From IMG/VR virus record IMGVR_UViG_3300034061_005656: DNA of 64,000 nt; one strand, given 5' to 3'. How positions within the stretch are numbered: position 1 is the stretch's first letter; each line of letters begins with the position of its first letter. The notes beneath the pieces were generated by a model, which worked only from the letters and a program-made list of their open reading frames with translations, did not search any database and was not told where the DNA came from. The position numbers and the translations under genes were made by a program. Source of the stretch: an uncultured virus (IMG/VR IMGVR_UViG_3300034061_005656) (Duplodnaviria > Heunggongvirae > Uroviricota > Caudoviricetes). Positions 29,003 to 37,807 of this stretch are shown piece after piece.

Positions 29003-32000
29003 ATGATTAAGTTCTTTGGAGAATCTCCTCGGTATATTCTGTTTACCGATGGCGCTAACGGTGTCATCATTGACAAGTATACCAATATGGTAGATGAGGT
29101 AGGAAGTCTCGGTCTTTTGGCATCTGCTCTTCCATGGAAAAAAGTAGACTGTAAGATCGATCAAGCGCATTATGACCTGGCCGCAGGCGCGCTCGCAGAT
29201 TTAGAAGTCAAGGTTATAACTGCGTCTGGCAGAATGTATACGATACCCAAAGGCGTTCAAGCAGAAGCAAAGAAAGCTTTGGAATGGCGTAAAGAGCACA
29301 AGCGTGGTGGAACTCCAGTGGGCGTAAACACCGCCCGCACTCTTGCCAATGGCGGTCAAATCGGTATTGAAAAAGTTCGTCATATTGCTAAGTACTTTCC
29401 TCGTCATGAAATTGACAAAAAAGCAAAAGGCTACGAGCCAGGCGAAGACGGCTTTCCATCACGAGGGAGAATCGCATGGGCTCTTTGGGGTGGCGATGCT
29501 GGATGGCGTTGGGCCGAAGCAATCGTTGAACGTGAAAATAAAAAAGTTGTTCGCGCCGACGGGTACATTATTGAGCACGACGGGAGCTCATTTGAAGACT
29601 ACGAAGCTCCTTCAATGTACGATGCAGACGTTGACTTTTTTTCGGACGAAAACTCAGTTTTTATTGCGCGAACTCACGATGACGGTTCAGGAATAGACCG
29701 TTTATACACGATTGACGAAGACGGTGGATCGCTTGTTTGGGACGACGGCCAGTGGGACGATCTTTCTTTAGGCGACAATGTAGACATTTACAGCATTGAT
29801 CGTGCGCTTGATTCTGAAGTTGAAGACAACACAGAATATTCTCACATCGTAATTGACACGGCATCAGCACTTATTGCGTCCGCGTATCTTCAAACTTTAC
29901 CGTTTACGCCAGTTTCAATTGACAATATTAACGAAGAAGAAGCAGCTCTTATCGCCTCTGCGCTTGATGATATTGACTGGACAATTATTGATACAATTAC
30001 TGCGGCCGGAGAAGAAGGTCTTGAAGGCGATTCAACGCCAGGCGAGTACACGCCGGAAGAACGCTCACAAAGAGCACGCTCACAGGTACGCGACAAGTCA
30101 GGCAAGTTTGCAGCAAAAGGTTCTCGAGTAGTAGTTGGCGGAGATTCTTCGCAACGCGGGAATATTACAAAAATCAACGCCGCGAGTCAAAGTGTAACTG
30201 TTCAACTTGATAGTGGAGAGTCCGTTGACGTTCCAGCAAATCAAACTGAAAAAGAAGAAGCGTTTACGCCGCAGACAACTCAAGCACCGCCTGTCCAAGA
30301 AAGACTAGACGTTTCTGGAATTCTTGGTCAACCACGTCAGCCTATAAACAATCCAAAGGCTGTCATTCCGAACGCGCTGCCCGCTCTTACTTCTGATCAA
30401 CTTGGTCAAATGCTCGCTGATTTCCCTGCCTGGGTAAAAAGCCAACGCGATTTTGCAGAAAAAAATAGGTACACGCCTCCTAGCAAAGAGCAAATAAACA
30501 AGCAAATACAAGATCGTCGCAAGCAGACAGAAAAGGCTTTTGGAGAAAAGCTTATTACTACAGATCTTAAGCAGCACCCGCTTTTTAAGAACTTGTTTAA
30601 GAAAAATCCAAAGTACAATTTATACTACGACTATAAATTTACAGCATCAGGCGCAGTAGTAAGCGCACTAGAAACCGCAAAGCCTGTAACACCACAAACG
30701 TCAGATGTTCAGCCTCTTTACATGGCAATCGTGTCTCCAGAAGATCCGTCTGCAGTTTTTGATCTTATTGCGGTTGTACCCGCAAGCGAAACTTCGACAA
30801 GCCCAGCTACTTTCAAACGTGAAGACGCTAAATGGGTGCCGGACGCTCAGATTCTTGCAGACTTGATGTCCCCAACACCTCCGCCTGTTGTGCCGCTTGA
30901 CGGAAACAACTTGGTTGATGTTTTAGAGCAAGTTGACAAAACGTCCGCTCCCGCTGCTGCAGCCGATTCTGAGCCTGCAGAGCCACTTGCAGCCGCTGGC
31001 GGAGCTGATCGCAATCGTGGAAACGCAGAAAAATTGCGCAGGTACTGGACAATCGGTAAAGGTGCTATAAAAATTCGCTGGAACACTCCAGGAGACTGGA
31101 CACGTTGCTACCGTCAGCTTTCAAAATACATGGGACCACGAGCAAAAGGATATTGCTCTCTTCGTCATAAAGAAATGACAGGCGTGTGGCCCGGAAGCAA
31201 GTACAACGTTGGCAAAAAGAAAAGAAACGTACGTGCTAGCGGACTTTTGGAAATTAACGTCCCAAGTGAAGAGCAAGTACTAAACGCTTTGCATCTTCAG
31301 GCGCGCATTAATGACGCTCGAGAGCGAGTGCTTCTTGCTGGCGGAGCGGTAGCTACCGAAGGCGCTAAATTTACGATTCCTCTTGTAATTCCAGAAGACA
31401 TTGAGTCCGGCGATGGAAGAAAATTCCGCAAGGGTTCAATAGAAGTACGTGATTTACCGCTTCCTCTGTTGTGGCAAGTTAAAACTGCTGATGGCCACGA
31501 CGGCTCGTTTGTAGTTGGAAGAATTGACCGCATGGAGCGAACAGAAAACGGTATCGGAAATGCTTACGGAGTATTCGACGTAAGCGCGTACGGCCGTGAA
31601 GCAGAGCGAATGGTTCGTGATGGATTTATTCGTGGAGTTTCTGCGGATCTTGACAAGTTCGAAGCCAGTGAAGGCGAAAGCGAAGACGACGTCGAGGCTG
31701 CGAAAAAAGACGATAAAAAGAAAAAAATTGGCGGAGGCAAGATTGACATCGATCGTGCCCGCGTCATGGCAGTTACAATTGTACCCAAGCCTGCATTTCA
31801 AGAATGCAGAATCTATTTAGAAAACACAGATGCAGGCGCAAGCCAGGAGGAAGACATGTTAAATGTCCCAGACGGAATTTATGTAGAAGACATGGAAGGC
31901 GCAGAAGCGCAGTCAATTGTCGCATGTGGAATGGTTGCTGGAGCTATCCCAGACGTACCGCCTGCCGAGTGGTTGCAAAATCCAAAATTGACTGGACCTA

Positions 32001-33097
32001 CGCCTCTTACAATTGGCGATGACGGCCGAGTGTTTGGTCACATCGCAGCGTGGCATGTTAACCACATTGGAATGACTGCTGGCACAAAGCCACCACGCAG
32101 TAAAAGCAAGTACGCGTACTTCCACACTGGAGTGCTACGCGCCGATGACAGTAAAGACTACCCAGTTGGCCAGCTAACACTTGCCGGCGGTCATGCGTCT
32201 CTTGAAGCAAGCGCGCTCGATGCAGCACGTCACTACGACGATACAGGATCCGCAATTGCTGATGTGCACGCTGGAGAAGATGCGTACGGCATTTGGGTTG
32301 CAGGTGCTCTTCGTTCATCTGCTACACCAGAGCAAATTCGTGCATTGCGCGCATCTGCTCCTTCCGGCGACTGGCGCCCAGTTAATGGCGCGCTTGAGCT
32401 TGTAGCCGTTTGCCAAGTAAACGTTCCAGGATTCCCAATCGCTCGTGCTCGAGTAGCATCTGGCCAAGTGTACGCGCTTGTTGCCGCTGGTGCTCAAGTT
32501 TTAGCAAAAATGAAATCAGATCCTTTAACCGAGCTTGCTCAGCGAGTTGAAACTCTTGAAGCAAAGAAAGGCCACGAGCTTTCTACCAAAGCTGAAGCAG
32601 CAAGGCAAAAAGTTGCAGCAGTAAAAACTGAACAGCAGGCTACTCTTTCTACCAAAGCTGCTGAGCTTTCCATGCGTGTTCGCGGACCAAAAATTGAAGA
32701 ACAAAAAGAAGAAGTAGATGCTAGCGTCGCTCCTGATGAACTTCAAGCTCGTATCGCATCTGCGGCTGCTGAAGCACAATTGGCAAGCATCTCTATGCGC
32801 GCTCGCAAGCGCCTTGCAAAAGAAGGCAAGGCACTTCCCGACGGCTCGTACCCAATTCGTAACGCAAGTGACTTGCGCAACGCGATTCAATCGTACGGTA
32901 GGTCAAAGCCTGGCGATCGTGCAAAGGTTCGTCGTCATGTTGTAAAGCGTGCCCGTGCTCTTGGCAAGACAGAGATGATTCCAGAAAATTGGAAAACAGC
33001 GTCAATGATTGCCGAAGATATTGCAGATATTCGCGCACAGGTGGCATCTGCTAAAGCCGCTTTAGACGCAAATATTACTGAAATTACAGAAAGTTAG
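29003..33097 (+). CDS. Capsid maturation protease polyprotein (1364 aa, about 8 modules)
   Basis: HK97-type protease-like segment 'LPLLWQ..GHDG..VVGRID..RGVSADLD..VTIVPKPAF'; second segment 'GRVFGHIAAW..GGHA..PSGDWR..VNVPGFP'; accessory 'WALWGGDAG', 'LRRYW..KIRW.TPGDWTRC' and 'DGSYPIRN' modules; lies before the capsid gene. Confidence 0.8.
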   Translation: MIKFFGESPRYILFTDGANGVIIDKYTNMVDEVGSLGLLASALPWKKVDCKIDQAHYDLAAGALADLEVKVITASGRMYTIPKGVQAEAKKALEWRKEHKRGGTPVGVNTARTLANGGQIGIEKVRHIAKYFPRHEIDKKAKGYEPGEDGFPSRGRIAWALWGGDAGWRWAEAIVERENKKVVRADGYIIEHDGSSFEDYEAPSMYDADVDFFSDENSVFIARTHDDGSGIDRLYTIDEDGGSLVWDDGQWDDLSLGDNVDIYSIDRALDSEVEDNTEYSHIVIDTASALIASAYLQTLPFTPVSIDNINEEEAALIASALDDIDWTIIDTITAAGEEGLEGDSTPGEYTPEERSQRARSQVRDKSGKFAAKGSRVVVGGDSSQRGNITKINAASQSVTVQLDSGESVDVPANQTEKEEAFTPQTTQAPPVQERLDVSGILGQPRQPINNPKAVIPNALPALTSDQLGQMLADFPAWVKSQRDFAEKNRYTPPSKEQINKQIQDRRKQTEKAFGEKLITTDLKQHPLFKNLFKKNPKYNLYYDYKFTASGAVVSALETAKPVTPQTSDVQPLYMAIVSPEDPSAVFDLIAVVPASETSTSPATFKREDAKWVPDAQILADLMSPTPPPVVPLDGNNLVDVLEQVDKTSAPAAAADSEPAEPLAAAGGADRNRGNAEKLRRYWTIGKGAIKIRWNTPGDWTRCYRQLSKYMGPRAKGYCSLRHKEMTGVWPGSKYNVGKKKRNVRASGLLEINVPSEEQVLNALHLQARINDARERVLLAGGAVATEGAKFTIPLVIPEDIESGDGRKFRKGSIEVRDLPLPLLWQVKTADGHDGSFVVGRIDRMERTENGIGNAYGVFDVSAYGREAERMVRDGFIRGVSADLDKFEASEGESEDDVEAAKKDDKKKKIGGGKIDIDRARVMAVTIVPKPAFQECRIYLENTDAGASQEEDMLNVPDGIYVEDMEGAEAQSIVACGMVAGAIPDVPPAEWLQNPKLTGPTPLTIGDDGRVFGHIAAWHVNHIGMTAGTKPPRSKSKYAYFHTGVLRADDSKDYPVGQLTLAGGHASLEASALDAARHYDDTGSAIADVHAGEDAYGIWVAGALRSSATPEQIRALRASAPSGDWRPVNGALELVAVCQVNVPGFPIARARVASGQVYALVAAGAQVLAKMKSDPLTELAQRVETLEAKKGHELSTKAEAARQKVAAVKTEQQATLSTKAAELSMRVRGPKIEEQKEEVDASVAPDELQARIASAAAEAQLASISMRARKRLAKEGKALPDGSYPIRNASDLRNAIQSYGRSKPGDRAKVRRHVVKRARALGKTEMIPENWKTASMIAEDIADIRAQVASAKAALDANITEITES

Positions 33098-33105
33098 AAG
33101 CAGTT

Positions 33106-33633
33106 GTGGCACGTCCAAAAGGCACGTACGTCTCAGGTGTAAATCAGCCTCGAGACATGAAAGGCAAGTTCAGAACAGTTCTTGCCCGCATTAAACAAGA
33201 TCTTGGCAATGCAGGCCTTCAAAACGTTATTGAAAAAGTAGAAGAAACTGAAGGTCTAAATAACGCCGGCAACTACAGTGCTGCTGTTGCAGCCGCCGCT
33301 GACCTTTTGAGCGTTATTGATCGTATAGACTCGGGCGGCCTAAACCCAGATGCCCTTGAAAATATTAGGTCTTCAACCGCTGCTCTTGGGCAATTGATTG
33401 CTAACCTGCCTTTACCGTTCGGAGATCAAACAGACAAGCTCAGATATACTGACTTGCCGCCAGTGCTTAAAAACATGATCGATGACATGATGGATCGTGT
33501 AGAGCAAAAAATCGGCAAAGAAGACGCCGATGCTGCTACAGAAAATCTTAGAAAATTCAAGTCTGGTTCTAGCGTAATGTCGCAATCAGACGTATCTTCT
33601 GAGATGAACGTTATGCTAAGGCTACTTACATAA
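33106..33633 (+). CDS. Helical head-associated protein with N-terminal QPRDxxGKF motif
   Basis: 'NQPRDMKGKFR'. Confidence 0.7.
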   Translation: MARPKGTYVSGVNQPRDMKGKFRTVLARIKQDLGNAGLQNVIEKVEETEGLNNAGNYSAAVAAAADLLSVIDRIDSGGLNPDALENIRSSTAALGQLIANLPLPFGDQTDKLRYTDLPPVLKNMIDDMMDRVEQKIGKEDADAATENLRKFKSGSSVMSQSDVSSEMNVMLRLLT

Positions 33634-33636
33634 TTG

Positions 33637-33645
33637 TGATAATAT
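33637..33645 (+). promoter_or_regulatory. Extended -10 (TGA-TAATAT) for the capsid transcript
   Basis: TGn-TAnnnT right after the previous stop, about 110 nt upstream of the capsid start. Confidence 0.55.
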
Positions 33646-33756
33646 AAAAGATAGGCAAGTGCCTCCACACTGAGTGTGTTTGGAGTCCCTTTCCTTGGAC
33701 AGAAACCCGATGTAGACCTATAGGTGGTCTACCCTGACTGGCCCGGAGGAGGGACA

Positions 33757-35664
33757 GTGGACCGTATCAAGCAAATGCTCGACACGATTACAGAGCTGAC
33801 CGACGAACAAATCGTCGAGCTTCAGACTGAAATCGTTACCGAGTTCGAAACGGTAGAGGGCGCAGAGCCAACCACAGAAACAGTTGATGCCATGACAACT
33901 CTTGCAGACATGCTTGACAAAGTCCGTGACGAAGCAAAGCGTCGTGAAGCACAAGCACAAGAGCTTGCTACACGCGCTGCAGAAGCCACAGACCGAGTCA
34001 AAGCTGCCGCAATGGATGAGCCCATGGAAGAGATGCCAGATGCCGAAGAAGCACCTGAAGCACCTGAAGCCGAAGAGGCCGAAGATGCAGAAGAAGCCGA
34101 TGAGGACAAAGAAATGGCATACAAGAAAAAGGAAGACAAGGCAATGACCGAAGCTTCCGCTGTGACTGAGGAAGTATCTGAGCTTTCTACTGAACCAGAA
34201 GCTGCAACAGAAGATGTTGTAGTCGAAGAAAACACCGCAGAAGCTGCGACAGACCCAGAAGAAGCAGAAGATGCTTCAGCTGACGTTCCTGCCGAAGCAG
34301 AAGCAAGCACACAAGAAATTACAACCGCTTCAGAAATGGAGCAGGAAGGTCAGGAGGCAACAACAATGACTGCCGCCGCACATGAAGAGGGTCAGAACGT
34401 AGACGTTCAGGCTCCCGCTGACCGCCGTCCAGTTCAAGTCACGGAAGCTGCACCAGTGGTCATCACTGCTGGCGCTGATATCCCTGGCTACACTGCAGGT
34501 GGCCAAATGACAGATTCAATCGACATTGCTGAAGCTATGGTTTCACGCTTGCACGGTCTTCGCCGTGTAAAGGGTGGCGACGGCGAGCAGCACATCGTTG
34601 CATCTATCACCACACAATACCCAGAGTCACGCGTTCTTACACAGGACACAGAGTCTAACGTCGCCAAGATCAAGGCAGTTGCTTCTCCAGAAGCACTTGT
34701 CGCTTCTGGTGGTCATAGCACTCCGTTCGAAGTTAAGTACGACATTTTCGGATTTGGCACAAATGATCGCCCAGTCCGTGATGCGTTCCCACGCTTCGCA
34801 GCTGACCGTGGCGGTATCCGTTACATCATTCCACCAGTACTGAGCAGCTACGGCGATGCAGTCGGCGTGTGGACAAATGCAACAGACACCAGCCCAGGCA
34901 CAGACGTTAAGTCAAGCCTTACCATTACTGCTGCTACAGAGACCACAGTTGCTACTGACGCTGTGACCTTGCAACTTCAGTTCGGTAACTTGATGACACG
35001 CGCTTACCCAGAGTTGGTTGCACGTCATAACGAGCTTGCTCTTATCCAGCACGCACGTGAAGCTGAGCAGTACCTTATCGGCAAGTTGAGCGATGCTTCT
35101 ACAGCAGTTACATCGACAAGCCTTATCGGTTTTGCTCGTGACTTCCTCGTTCAGGTTGGCCGCGCAGCTGCTGCATACCGTAGCCGTCATCGTCTTGACC
35201 CTGCAATGCAGCTCAAGGCAATTGCTCCATCATGGGTAAAGGACGCAATGCGTGCTGACCTCGTTTTGGCAATGCCTGGAGACGGTACATTGAGTGTCGC
35301 TGATGGAGAAATCGAGGGCTACCTCGCAGCTCGTGGAGTAAGCATCACATTCTCGCCTGACATGACAGTGTTCGGCGCGCAGAGTGGCGGCGCAATGCTC
35401 GAGTTCCCAGACTCATTTGATTGGTACTTGTTCGCAGAAGGAACATTCTTGTTCCTTGACGGCGGAACTTTGGACCTTGGAATCATCCGTGACTCAACCC
35501 TCGTAGGAACCAACGATTACAAGATGTTCGTTGAAACCTTCGAAGGTATTGCAAAGGTCGGCGTTGAGTCGATCAAGGTTACATCCACCATTTCGGTTAA
35601 CGGCGTGGCAGCAGCCCTCCGTGACACAACCGGTGGTGCGACAGCCGCTGCAATCGAGTACTGA
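33757..35664 (+). CDS. Major capsid (hexamer) protein with N-terminal scaffold-like acidic region
   Basis: Strong RBS GGAGGAGG before GTG 33757; acidic coiled-coil N-terminus; 'ALVASGG..RPVRDAFPRFAADRGGI..FLFLDGGTLDLGIIRDSTL..NDY..F.ETFEG'. Confidence 0.88.
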   Translation: MDRIKQMLDTITELTDEQIVELQTEIVTEFETVEGAEPTTETVDAMTTLADMLDKVRDEAKRREAQAQELATRAAEATDRVKAAAMDEPMEEMPDAEEAPEAPEAEEAEDAEEADEDKEMAYKKKEDKAMTEASAVTEEVSELSTEPEAATEDVVVEENTAEAATDPEEAEDASADVPAEAEASTQEITTASEMEQEGQEATTMTAAAHEEGQNVDVQAPADRRPVQVTEAAPVVITAGADIPGYTAGGQMTDSIDIAEAMVSRLHGLRRVKGGDGEQHIVASITTQYPESRVLTQDTESNVAKIKAVASPEALVASGGHSTPFEVKYDIFGFGTNDRPVRDAFPRFAADRGGIRYIIPPVLSSYGDAVGVWTNATDTSPGTDVKSSLTITAATETTVATDAVTLQLQFGNLMTRAYPELVARHNELALIQHAREAEQYLIGKLSDASTAVTSTSLIGFARDFLVQVGRAAAAYRSRHRLDPAMQLKAIAPSWVKDAMRADLVLAMPGDGTLSVADGEIEGYLAARGVSITFSPDMTVFGAQSGGAMLEFPDSFDWYLFAEGTFLFLDGGTLDLGIIRDSTLVGTNDYKMFVETFEGIAKVGVESIKVTSTISVNGVAAALRDTTGGATAAAIEY

Positions 35665-35689
35665 TCCAGTTAGTCAGATATACCTGAGG

Positions 35690-35727
35690 AATCCCCTCGG
35701 GCTGTCAATTCGGCAGCTCGGGGGGAT
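35690..35727 (+). terminator. GC-rich stem-loop after the capsid gene (terminator or mRNA-stabilising hairpin)
   Basis: ATCCCC.CGGGCTG...CAGCTCG-GGGGAT inverted repeat; no U-tract. Confidence 0.55.
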
Positions 35728-35763
35728 AACTCGGTCAGTCAATAAGAATTAAGGATTTACAAA

Positions 35764-36639
35764 ATGGCTTTTCCAAGAAACGGCGTAGTTGAAGCACCAA
35801 AGATTACCCCAGCTGATTACGGGCTTTTCGCCGTTGCCAAGCCAGAGGACTCTTCCAACGAAGATCGTTGGATTCGTGGTTTTGCTCAGGAATGGCAAAC
35901 AAGTCTTTACTCAGCAAAACTGTGGGACTCCACAGACACAACGTCAGATGCAGTAGCGTCTGATGCAACACCGACGTACTACACCGAGATTGACCCGTTT
36001 TTTATTGAAACAGAAGAAGTCATCTCTACATTTGGTTTTCTTGGCCTTGACAGAATCGAAAGAATCAAGGCCCAACTTGAAGGCGTAACGCAAAAAGCAG
36101 TTGAACAAGAGCTATGGGAAGGCGCGATTCGTCAAGGCGAAACGCATGACAACCTTGCTCTTTCGAGCGCAGCCGCAACTGTTCTTAATAGCGGAACTGC
36201 ACTCAATGCAGTACGCGCCTTAGCGCTACTCGATTATACAATTGGCGCAACTTCTCCCTGTGGCGAGCAAGGTGTTATTCACATGACACGAGACATTGCC
36301 GCTTTGCTGTCAAGCAGCTATATGCTTTTTCATTCGGAAGATGGTCGTCTTGAGACAGTATCTGGAACGCCAATTGTCATTGGCTCTGGCTACTCTGGAG
36401 TTGGCCCAACGGGAGCAACCGGAGCCACCGCTTCTGCTATAAATAAATGGATGTATGCTACAGGCACTGTCAAGACATACATTGGCAAGATTGACGTCGT
36501 AAACGACAATCTTTCTCAAGCATATGATGTATCTGGAAACCAAAACGACATGCGGCTGAAAGCGATTCGCCCAGCGGCAGTTTATTTCGACACGACGGTA
36601 CACCTGGCTGTTAGAGTAGATCTATCAGCCGCAATCTAG
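35764..36639 (+). CDS. Probable major capsid pentamer (vertex) protein
   Basis: 291 aa between capsid and major tail genes, as in Rosebush-type heads; 'VEQELWEG', 'GVIHM', 'GTPIVIGSGY'. Confidence 0.6.
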   Translation: MAFPRNGVVEAPKITPADYGLFAVAKPEDSSNEDRWIRGFAQEWQTSLYSAKLWDSTDTTSDAVASDATPTYYTEIDPFFIETEEVISTFGFLGLDRIERIKAQLEGVTQKAVEQELWEGAIRQGETHDNLALSSAAATVLNSGTALNAVRALALLDYTIGATSPCGEQGVIHMTRDIAALLSSSYMLFHSEDGRLETVSGTPIVIGSGYSGVGPTGATGATASAINKWMYATGTVKTYIGKIDVVNDNLSQAYDVSGNQNDMRLKAIRPAAVYFDTTVHLAVRVDLSAAI

Positions 36640-36666
36640 TTAACAACTCAAGGAGAAAAAACTAAA

Positions 36667-37716
36667 ATGGCAACTCAAGACTATGCCGCGAGTATTCAGG
36701 GAGTGTCAATTCGCGTGACGCGTCTTGATGCGGCCGGCAACTTACTCAATAGCCCAGGAGACAGCTACACGACATCTGCGTTTATGCGTCTGTCTTTTAC
36801 GCCTGAATACGAAGAAGGCGATGAAATCGTAGAAAAGTCCGCAAACGGAATTATCTGCGTTTCATACAAAGCCCCAGATACTCTGAAAAGAGTAACAATG
36901 GAAGTTGCAATCTGTGAACCAGATCCCGAGCTTTCGCAATTGATGTCCGGCGGTCTTTTGCTTCGCAAAAACCTTGGAACATTCGCTGCGCCAGATCGCA
37001 AGAGCATCGGTTGGGCAGCTCCAGCAGTTGGCGACGACCCAGCAGGAAACGGTGTTGCAATTGAGGTTTGGTCGTTCGCTGTTAAGGACGGCAAGCGCGC
37101 TGCAACTCTTCCATACTTCCACTGGGTGTTCCCATTCTGTCGCTTGCGCCAGTCTGGTGACCGCGTGATTGAAAACGGTATGATGGCAAGCACATTTGAA
37201 GGCTACGCTCTTGGAAACGCTACATTTGGTAATGGCCTTGATGATCGCTGGGAGTTCCCAGTTGCTACAGAGCGTCCGTACTCCTATGCACGTGGTTCAT
37301 GGGCGCCGACTGGCCTCAAGGGTTTTTACGAGTGGCACGGAGACCTTACTGCGTCAATTACCAACAGTGCTCGTACAGGCAGCATTGCGACGATCACTAC
37401 AGCTGCAGCGCACGGTTTCCGTGTAGGAGACAGCGTGACAGTATCTGGAACAAATGGTAATCCAGCTCTTGAAGGCACTTGGACAATCGCCACTGTGCCA
37501 ACAACAACAACGTTCACGTACACCACAACAACAAGCGGAACAATTACATCCGCTGCTGACACTGGTACAGCACTTGTTGAAGTTGGGTACTGGGCAGTTA
37601 CAGACTTCTTGTCGCAGGGTTCAACAACTGAGTATAACACTCCAGGTAATGCGAACTACAATGCAGATGAGTCAATTGACTTCATCATTGCATCGGCAGA
37701 GGATCCCACTTCCTAA
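36667..37716 (+). CDS. Major tail (tube) protein with an inserted beta-barrel domain
   Basis: 'IRVTRLDAAG..YEEGDEIVEKSANG..C.PDPEL..YFHWVFP'; GGAG RBS. Confidence 0.8.
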   Translation: MATQDYAASIQGVSIRVTRLDAAGNLLNSPGDSYTTSAFMRLSFTPEYEEGDEIVEKSANGIICVSYKAPDTLKRVTMEVAICEPDPELSQLMSGGLLLRKNLGTFAAPDRKSIGWAAPAVGDDPAGNGVAIEVWSFAVKDGKRAATLPYFHWVFPFCRLRQSGDRVIENGMMASTFEGYALGNATFGNGLDDRWEFPVATERPYSYARGSWAPTGLKGFYEWHGDLTASITNSARTGSIATITTAAAHGFRVGDSVTVSGTNGNPALEGTWTIATVPTTTTFTYTTTTSGTITSAADTGTALVEVGYWAVTDFLSQGSTTEYNTPGNANYNADESIDFIIASAEDPTS

Positions 37717-37737
37717 TTAACAACTAATCAGTCGGTC

Positions 37738-37778
37738 GGCGGCGCGTCTTTGGTATAAAATTACTTAGACGCGTCGCC
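37738..37778 (+). terminator. Inverted repeat after the major tail gene
   Basis: GGCGGCGCGTCT-(17-nt loop)-AGACGCGTCGCC. Confidence 0.55.
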
Positions 37779-37807
37779 TCCGCATTTGCGACGAGATACG
37801 AGGACAA

